The position numbers and the translations under genes are program-made. Under the pieces are notes generated by a model. The model saw only the letters and a program-made list of their open reading frames with translations. It made no database searches and was not told the origin of the DNA. From Paraspadella gotoi (taxonomy: Eukaryota > Animalia > Chaetognatha): a stretch of DNA of 64,000 bases. Positions 54,302 to 64,000 of the stretch are shown here, one piece after another; position 1 is the stretch's first letter; each line of letters begins with the position of its first letter. The stretch is taken from positions 9,928,538-9,992,537 of the forward strand of contig CM119266.1 in the NCBI GenBank assembly GCA_051294375.1, read 5' to 3'.

Positions 54302-57300
54302 GTTGTTCAGTCGCGCCACGCTTCATTGAATTTCACTGCATCAGTCTTCATCCTTTCTCAGATCCCCATCAGCGAAGCATCACTGCGCCCGTGCGTGCGA
54401 CCAGCTCTGCGCGCATCGTGTATGCACTCACGTGCGAATCTGTCGACTATATTTGTCGGATTTTTTTTATATAAAAGAAGAAAGAAGACGATCGACGAGG
54501 TATGATGTCGACGACGACACCAATGCGACCGACGCAAAATGACCAGGTTTTTCCGCCACAGTGGAGAGTCAGAGAAAGGGTCAGCCAGTCGGGTGGTTTC
54601 CGGTTTTAGGTTTGGAGGGTGGTGTATGCTTGTTAGGTGTTGAGCGAGCGGATTGCAAACAAGTGAATTTGCCAATGTGATTGGATGAATTTCACTTTAA
54701 AATTTTTACTGGAACAGAAATGTGAATAAAAAATTGTAAGTTAAGTTAGGTGTTAACGTTTGAGCCTTTTTGTTTATGCTTCGCGGGCAATGGACAAAAG
54801 CGGAAATATAACGCCAAGTTGTCTGAACTAACCAATAACTTGGAAAATAAATATGTGCTAAACTAAAAATCAGAAAACTTTGTACTGTACAAGATTGGAC
54901 AAAACTAAATACAATTGTAAAACCATGAAATTGGCTCGCGCGATCGCTATTAATTTCGCACATAACCGGATGACCATTGAATTAATAATGGCGACCGCGA
55001 TGGGAAATATATAAATGCAACGGAATTACAAAAGCGATCAAAGTAGAGGGAGGGGGCGATGCGAAAAAACCAATCGAGAATCGATCCAATCTGATCGCAG
55101 TCCGGAAATTTTGGTGGTCGAAAAAAAAAAAAACAGTGATTGAGATCGAAAAGCGTAAGTTAATGAGTCTGCGTGTGAGTAGGAAGCCAGGTGATGTCGA
55201 GACGTAAACGATGATGAGGTCAGAGCGGCGCAAGTCGACCGAGAAGGCTGGGAAGTTTCGAAGGGTAGGAGGGTACGTGATAAAGGCACGAGACGGAAAC
55301 GTAAGATTGGAAAGAAATTTCCTCGACAAGAAAATGAGCTTTCTCAGTTGAAGAATGCTTTAGGGTAAGGTTTCGATTCTGAAAGTAAGAATAGTATGAA
55401 AGGGCTCATTTACCCTAGGATTATAAACCAACACTTAGTCCAAACAAAAAGTATAATTAAGACCAACAGATCAATGTCCAAAAGAAAGAAGAGCGAGACG
55501 ACAGTCCGGACAGCTTGGGCGGCAGCTTTAAATTTGAAAGTTGGTGAAAGTAAATAGAAAAAAAAAAACAACTAGTAAAGCTATCATTTTAAAAATCAAA
55601 GAAACAATGTATGAAATGAAACGAGTGGGAATGAGAGCTGAATTCGATAGAGAGATATTGTTGTTGGAGAAATCTCCTCCGATTACATATCGGGTCGTTT
55701 ATAAACGACAATTTTGAGTGGGCTGCGTGAGGATGATTGGGTCTTGGGGAGCGATGATGGAGTGTGGGAGATATGAGAGCTTGTGATCACTCTATCTCTT
55801 ATCACTCATCTCTATCTACTATCTCTTAATCTCAATTCGCTGAGAACAACAATGTGTGCGAACATCGAAGAATGTGTGTCTGAACGAAACGATCGATATA
55901 CGACGATACAGACACGACGACACGACGACGGACTATGATGACGTAAAATATTTAACGTCAAAAAAAAAATTAAAAGCTACCGAGTCAAAAAATTCAGATG
56001 TAAATTTTTAAAAAAGTTACGAGTATAATATAAACAAACAGGGAGGAACTGACAATGCTTGGAAATAATCTCACAAAACAACGAGGAGACTCGTGAAGTC
56101 AGATGACAAAGAAGAAATGATCAAAAATGACAGAAAGAAAAATACAAACGACACTAAAAAAGTATACTTTGATGATTAGAGAAGTATAACGACGAAAGAT
56201 GACGACTAATGACGACGATAAAGGACGGAGAGAAAAAACAAAGAGATAGACCGACAATAAAGATCGTATACACGACGAAGCACAAGGAAAGATGACAAAC
56301 GACGAAGATTATCTACAAGAATGAACATACTGACGACGACACGTCTATGCGTCGGCGTCGCATCGATTTCGCTATACAAAAGTTTTTTTTCTTCTTTCTT
56401 CTGTCGCCCAAAACGGAATAGCAGGAGCCCCTCCTCGTCGGCGCGGAATGTCTTCGAGTGATGATAGGATTCCGCTGAGACCACGAATGAGATAAGAGAC
56501 AGACGGAGGACAGACGTAAAGGAGAGGGTCGAAGAGCGAAGATACGAAAGAACTGAAGATTATACCAGAAAACAGTCATGAGATGAGACAGATTATCTGA
56601 GAACGGACACGAGCACGGATAAGAAAGAAGTGATAAATATGGGGCATAAGGCAAAGGCAACGATAGAGACAACGACGACAAGATGGACAGAATCAATTCA
56701 AAACAGACGCAGTCCTAAGACAACAAAGTTGACAGAGAGACAAACAGACCTGGAGATAAGGACGAGAGCACAAAAGAAAGACACAGATGTTCCGCATCTA
56801 AAATGAAGATGAGTCACGAAAAAATAGTTCGTTAAAAGGCAAAACGATTACTCGACCCTCATTTCGGTGGAACAGCGCGCCCAATCATGCAAAAAGTGAG
56901 AGTAAATTGCGACGAGAGAGAGTGTGCGATGTGTGTGCGGATCGGAGATTCAAGGAATCTAGCGTCTGAGTAGAAATATAAAAGAATGTAGAAGACAAAA
57001 AGTGAGATAGAGAAGAGATAAAGTAAAAAAGAAAAAAAAGTCTAAATAGAAAACGACTGATAATTTGGTGTGATTTAGCACAAAAATTGAGTGCAAGCCA
57101 ATTTGTTCTATTCTAAAAGTCTCGAACCGCGTAAATTGCGATCGTCCCCTTAGATTAAAATGGAAATGACCAGTAATAAATGAATAAAAAATCAAAAAAG
57201 AAAAGGATTTGAAAATGAAAGCGAATAAAAAACATAAAAAATACGGACGAGATGAATCAAATATTTAATATTTTAAATTCTCCTTATTTTAATAAATAGA

Positions 57301-60300
57301 TTTACCCGTGCGTTATTCCATTCAGAAATTCTATCACAGTAGACTCAATTATCCCCGCGCGACGATGCATGAACCTGATCAATCGAGCGCTAATTATATA
57401 TTATTTATAATGTTTACATTATTATACGCGCCCGTCGACCGTTTGAAGACGTCGCCAACGCATGAGAATCGACGCGAAAATTGTTGAAAGGCAAACTCCA
57501 TCTCTGACCCAAACTCTAACCCGTCGCTCGAACTCGATTTCGTCAACAAATCGAGATCGAAGAAAGAAAAAAAAAAAACTTGTTCTTTTTCTTTTCTTTT
57601 TCTTTGTTAATTTTTTTAGCGTTTCCCTTTTTGTTAATTCATTTACAGGAAACAATTGATTTGATGTAAATTTTTTGATGATTTTTGAAATTAATCATTT
57701 AAAAACATCTCAAATCAATATAAAGATCAATTAAAAACAGTAAAAGAACATGACACCAAAACCAATTCAAACGACAATAAAATGGTGTACTAGAGATTTT
57801 ATTGAATGACTACGCTCATGTATAACTGTACATTCTCCAGAAGTCAGAAGAACATGGATAAACTTATTTATTGGTGTTTTTCCGCGGTATAGAACTCCAT
57901 GAGTACTTTTCGTCGTTCTGTCGGTCCTTGGCTCCATTGTCTGATCCTCGTCTGTCCCACTTACCCGCTAAATATGCGAGATAATTCGCCTTAGGTTGAA
58001 TTGCTCATTTTAATACAGAGAAAACCTCAAATCTCAATGACTGCCTAGCTCCCCCTTCAGGAAATCGTAAAACTTTAAACAAAAAGACAAGATTCATAAA
58101 TACAACGTAAAATGATACTCATTCGGCCCGCAATGCATTTTAATTACCGATCTTTTATCTTGGTTGTCAATTCATTGATACAATTTCCGTCGTCTCCTCT
58201 TTTAAATATCCTTTCTTTAAATATCCAGCCTCAAAATTCTTATCATTCTCAATCACAAACGTTTCCACTTTCCTCGCTTTCTTTTTCCTCATCAGTTATT
58301 GCATTTCGTCCTTTTTCCCCCCAAACCTCTTCCCTTCTCTATCTCCACTATCTTTATACTCTCCTTACTTTCTCTCCATCAACGCTCTTAATTCTCTCCA
58401 CTCCCACCTTCCACCTCTTTTCTACCACCACCCCAAACTCCTCTCAACCTTTCCTCCCTCTCACGGCCACCCGCCAAATGATCGACATGGACTCGGGCCT
58501 GAAATTCAGCTACAAGCCATCGAAGTACATCGAAAAAGTCGACGACGTGACGTCCGTCGTCATCGTCCGTGTCCGTCGTCGCGTCTCGTCTGTCTCACTA
58601 TTCTTCCCGTTGACCTCGTCTCGTCCATTTCTATTAAATCTCTCTCTTGAAAGAGAACGTCCCGGGCTGGAGTAAACACTCTAAGGGGGGGCCGTCCGAA
58701 AAAGAGAACCGGCGAAAGAAAATCGAAAAAAAGGTGGGCGGGAAAAAGGAACGAGTAAAAAAGGAAGGGCATCGAAAAAAAGAAAAGGGAAAAAAGGAAA
58801 AAGAAAAAGAAAAAGGAAAAAGAAAGAAATAAAATCGTGCGTAAATCCTTCATTTCATTTTTTTTTCATCCAGGGAGACTGAATGAAAAATCGCTTCCGT
58901 GACAACATCGACGAATCTGCAATGTGCAACTGAGAGAGCAAGCGCTCGATGATGAGAGGCCCGGAGAGAGGCAGAGAGACGAACGAGACAGAGAAGAGAG
59001 ATAGAGAAGTAGAAGAGAAGAAAAGAGACAAAGCAGAAAGAGGCCATTAATAATTATCCAGAAGGACGGAAATAACGCGGATGTAAAATTCTTTATCGAT
59101 GCAAAAAAAAAATATGTCATTATAAGTCTCATTTTTTCTTTCTTCCTCCCACACAACAACTTTTTGTTTATCTCTCCGTTCTTACTAGCTCTATCTCTAC
59201 CCTCTCATCTCTATCATCTCTCTCCTCTTCTCTCTCTCTCTCTTTCTCTCTTGGTTATCAGCCTGCGTCAACGCTCACTGATTGAACACTGCGATCAGCT
59301 TCATCCTTTTCAGATCCCATCAGCGAACGCATCCATTGCGCGCGTGCGTGCGACCAGCGTTCTGCGCGCACGAGATGCACTCACGTGCGATCGTCGACAT
59401 CATTGTGGATTTTTTTTTTATATGAAAGAAGAAGAAGACGATCCGACGAGGTTGATGTCGACGACGACGACAATGACGACGACGCAAAATGACCAGAGTT
59501 TTTCCCGCGACGTGAAGGTCAAAAAAGGGTCAAGGCAGTCGGGTGGTTTCGGGGTGGTTGGAGGGTGGTTGAGGCTTGGTTGTAGGGTGGTTGAGCGAGG
59601 GCGGATCAGGCAAAAAAGTGGAATTGCCAATTGATGAGAGATTCACTTGTACGAACTTCCTTGGTCTGGAACAGAAATGTGAATAAAAATTGGTAAGTTA
59701 AGTTAGTGTTTAACTGTTTGACTTTTTGTTTATGCTTCGCGGGAATGGCAAAAGCGGGAAATATGAAACGCCAATGCTGAACTAACCAATAACCTTGGAA
59801 AATAAATATGGCTAAACTAAGAAATCAGAAAACTGTTTGTATGTACCAAGGATTGGACAAAAAAGTAAATACAATTGTAAAACCGATGAAATTGGCTCGC
59901 GCGATCGCTATTAATGTTCCGCACATAACCGATGACCAAGTTGATTAAAAATGGCGACCGCGATGGGAAATTAATATAAATGGCAACGGAGATTACAAAA
60001 GCGATCAAAGTAGCAGGGGGNNNNNNNNNNNNNNNNNNNNNNNNNAGAGACGAGGCGGGCGATGGCCAAAAAACTCAATCGAGAATCGATAATCATCGCA
60101 GCCGGAAATTTTGGTCGAAAAAAAAAATAACATGGATGAGGTCGAAAAGGGTAAGTTAATAGAGAGTGTCGTGCGGTGAGCAGGAGCCAGGTATGGTCGA
60201 GACGAAAGCGATGATAGGGTCAGAGCGCGCAAGTTCGATCGGAGCGGCTGGGAAGTTTCGAACTTTGAGGTGGTAGGGGGGTAAGGGTCGGAAAGAACGG

Positions 60301-60967
60301 ACGAGAACAGAAAGTTAAGTTATCTAGGAAAATTTCCTCAGACAATTGAAAATGAGGGCTTCTTCAAGTTTGAAGAATGCTTTTAGTCGGTAAGGGTTTC
60401 GCATGTTCTGAAGGTAATGAATATTATGAAAGGGCTCATTTACCTAGGATATAGAAACCAAGCACTTAGTCCAACAAAAAGTTAATATAACCAACAGCCA
60501 TCAATGTCCAAAAATAAAAAGCGGACAGAATGTCCGGACAAGTTGCGGGACAGCTTTAAATTGTCAAAGTTGGGTAAGTAAGATTACGAAAAAAAAAACA
60601 CCAATAAGTAAATGCTTACATTTTAAATACTCAAGCGTACAAACACTGTGATAACCATGAAAAGAACATGAACTAGTGGGATATGAAGCGAGATTCGATG
60701 AGAGAGATATGTTTTGAGGGAAATCTCCTATTACATTATCGGCGTCGTTTAATGAAACGGACAGGTTTTGAGGGGCTTGCGGAGATGATTTCGGTGTGGT
60801 GTGAGGAGCTGATGGTGTAGGGAGGTATATGAGAGTTGTGTATCACTCACTCATATTATTTCTCTTATCTCACTATCTCTATCTCGAACTCGCTGAGAAC
60901 AACAGATTGTGGGCGAAAACTCTGAAAGATTGTCGAACGACATATCGATCATAAATGACGACGACGA

Positions 60968-60998
<31 letters not shown>

Positions 60999-63680
60999 AC
61001 ACTATGATGACGTAAAATTTTAACTCAAAAAAAAAATTTAAACATTTACCGATACAAAAAACTCACGATGGTAAATTTTAAAAAATTGACATTATTAAGT
61101 TATAAACAAACGGAGGAACCTGACAATGCGTGAAATATCTCACAAAACAACGACCGGAGACTGTGAAGTCGATGACAAGAAAATGATAAATGACAGAAGA
61201 AAATGACAAACGACACTAGAAAAGTATTACTTTGATGTTAAGGAGTATAACGACGAAAGATCAACTATGCGCGATAAACGGAGAGAACAAAGAGATAACC
61301 GACATAAGATACAAGTAATCGACGACGAATAAAGGATGAAGAGTGACAACAGCGACGAGATTATCATACAAGTAAGATGATGACTATACTAGACGACGAC
61401 AGTCTTGCGTCGGGTCGCATCGATTTCCAGCTATTACAAAGTTTTTTTTCTTCTTTTCTTCTGTCCCCAAAACGAATAGCAGAGCCCCTCTCGTCGGCGA
61501 CAGGATATGTCTTCGAGTGATGAAGGAAGTTCCGCTGAGACCAGAATCGAGATAAGAAAGACAGACGTGAAGGACAACGTAAAGGAACGAGGGCGAAGAG
61601 CTGAAGACTTATAGCAGACACTTAGAACTGAACATCGAGCAGCGGTGATAGAAGAGATTATTCTGGGCAAGCAAGGGCAAAGATTACAGACAGAGAGGAC
61701 AAATGACCACGAAATGTCAATCATAACAGACTGAAGATAAGGAAGAACAGAGTTATGTGACACGAGACCCAACACGACGAAATAAGACAGAGGAAGACAA
61801 AATATAAAACAACATTCTCGCGGAAAACAAAGATTGTTCCATCAGAATCAGGGTATGAGCACGAAAAATGTTCTATATAAACGGCAGCACATTTACTCGC
61901 CCTCTTCGTGGCAATAAAAAGTGAGAGTGAAGTCCAAAAAAAGTTTTATTTTTTCGAAGTGGCATATAAACATGCTATGCATAGTATGTAGAAAGAAAGA
62001 TAAGTAAATAGAGAAAAGATGTAAAAATACAATGCGCTAATTTGCGTGTATTTACGAACCAAAATTATTATGCAGCCATTTGTTCTATTGCATTCAAGAT
62101 CGTAAAAAGTTCGGACTCAGCCAATATTTAGGATGTCCCTTTAGTCAAATATGATAATAATGACGAGGAACTCAAATGATAAAAAACAAAAAAAGAGAAA
62201 TATTTGACAAGGAAAAGTATACAAACCATAAAAACGAAACGAATAATCGAATTTAATATTTTAAAATTATCCTATTTTAGAAAATCATTTAGCCCGGGTT
62301 CTTTCCACATTAAAATTTAATCAAGGTAATCAAATTATCGCCCTGCGCCGACGTTCGTATGACCCTGATCCAATCGAGCGCTTCAATACTTATATTTACA
62401 TTGTAATTATTAAACGACGCATGCGACCCTTGAAGACGCTTCCAACACGACTTGGGTAGAATCGATCGACAAATGTCTCATGAAGTGCAATCCATCTCTG
62501 CCCCAAACTACTAACCGGTCGTCTCACTTCGATTCCCGTCATACAATCGCGAATCAAGAAAGAACAAAAAACCTTTTTTCTTTGTTTTTTTGTTTTTTTT
62601 TTCATTCTTTGTTAATTTTTAAGCGTTTTCCATTTATTTCTTTACCGAAATCAATTTTTGTTGTTGAGCATCTATAATTTTTTGAAAAGAATTTTTGAAA
62701 TATTTAGTCATTAAAAAACATGTTCTTATAAATCAATATCAATCATCAATTAAACAGTTATGAAGACACATTCACCACCAACCAATCCAACAATAATAAA
62801 ATGGTACTAGTTATAACAACATTATTTATTAAAATGATCCCTTTGTCCATAATAAACTCTCCGAATCAAGAAATCAATGTAAATCCTTTATTTATGAGTT
62901 TTCTCGGACAAGGCAACTACTCTGGGGAGACTACTTTTCGGTCTTCTGTCGTCCTTGTGTCATCGAATATTCGCCCGATCTGTCCCAACTTCGACTAAAT
63001 AATTCATATAATTGCCTTATTATTCTATTTGTATAAAATACAGCGAACACAAACTTCTCATAATTCTATATATGACTTGCTAGCACACCCTAGAAAATCC
63101 CTAACAACATTATAAAGAATAAACGACATGACTCGATGCCTGAAATGTTCTATAAATACAACGCTAAAAAAAACTTCTATTCGCCATCACGCAATAATAT
63201 TTAATATATACCATCTTCTGTCTAATATTGGATGTATCATGTCTTCACATGCACCCACCAAACTTTCTTCGTCCTCCTCTTTAAAATAACTTTCTTTAAT
63301 ATCACACCTCAATAATTCTTTCATTCTCATAATTCCAACCCACTTTCTCCCTTTCTTTTCCATCATCAGACTTATTTGCATTTCGTTTTTCCCCAACTTT
63401 TCCCTATTCGATTTATACTTCCCATTCTATATCCTCCTTCTTTCTCTCCATACACACGCTATCTAATTAATCGTTCCATATCCCAACCTTCATCCACCTC
63501 TTTTCTGACCACCACCCCAACAATCCTCTCACACCCTCCTCCACCCTCTTCCGCGACCCCAAATTGAATAACTCGCAATGAAGTGCTACTCGGGGCCTGA
63601 ATCAGCTACTAGGCACGAATACATCGAAAACTCGAGACTGACACGACGTCGTCTTCCGTGCGTCGCATTATCTCTTCATT
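53680..63680 (+). repeat. ~5 kb direct tandem duplication (~53680-58640 and ~58650-63680), both copies indel-rich
   Basis: aacgtcccg...gtaaacactctaaggggg at ~53686 and ~58656; ttggctcgcgcgatcgctattaat at ~54931 and ~59892; actcgggcctgaa...tacatcgaaaa at ~58491 and ~63588. Confidence 0.92.
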
Positions 63681-64000
63681 CATATACCCTATCACCCTTG
63701 TCTTTAAAAATGACAAAGAAAATGACAAAAACGACGACAAGAAAGAGTATTACGTTGTTAGATGTGAGAAGGAAGATGATAACGACGAAGATGACGACAA
63801 TGACGACGACAAAGACGGAGAGGGAAACAAAGACGATAAAGACGGAGATAAAGATGACAGTAACGACGACGAAGACAAGGATGAAGANNNNNNNNNNNNN
63901 NNNNNNNNNNNNAAGTGAAGTATTATCTCTGTTGGTAGTGTTTCCTCGAATACGTGTACCTTTACTTTCTCAGTGTGGTGTGAATCCGAATCGCTCGCAC

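Overview
This is eukaryotic, probably invertebrate metazoan, draft-assembly sequence. It is saturated with (GA/CT)n, (GAC/GTC)n and (AAAG)n microsatellites, has many N gaps, and contains indel-rich stretches that look like uncorrected long-read fill. Most ORFs in the track are microsatellite artefacts. Supportable content: (1) a ~31 kb inverted repeat (left arm ~3150-19750, right arm ~20110-34480) around a ~360 bp spacer bracketed by complementary GA and CT tracts; it may be a real fold-back palindrome or a chimera. (2) Several noisy direct duplications (~2 kb, ~1.15 kb, ~0.65 kb, ~5 kb), most likely assembly redundancy. (3) A minus-strand spliced exon at 39089-39576 encoding an acidic tract and the start of an Ig domain resembling FGF-receptor IgII, plus a probable upstream exon. 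(4) A frameshifted, 5'-truncated non-LTR retrotransposon (APE C-terminus plus RT) on the minus strand at ~51002-53620, not evident from the ORF track. (5) A cluster of four GTCACGTGA E-boxes beside a candidate first exon, an RFX X-box inside a hairpin, and several minisatellites. No rRNA, tRNA or CRISPR array was recognised. All alignments were done by eye, so boundaries marked ~ are approximate.
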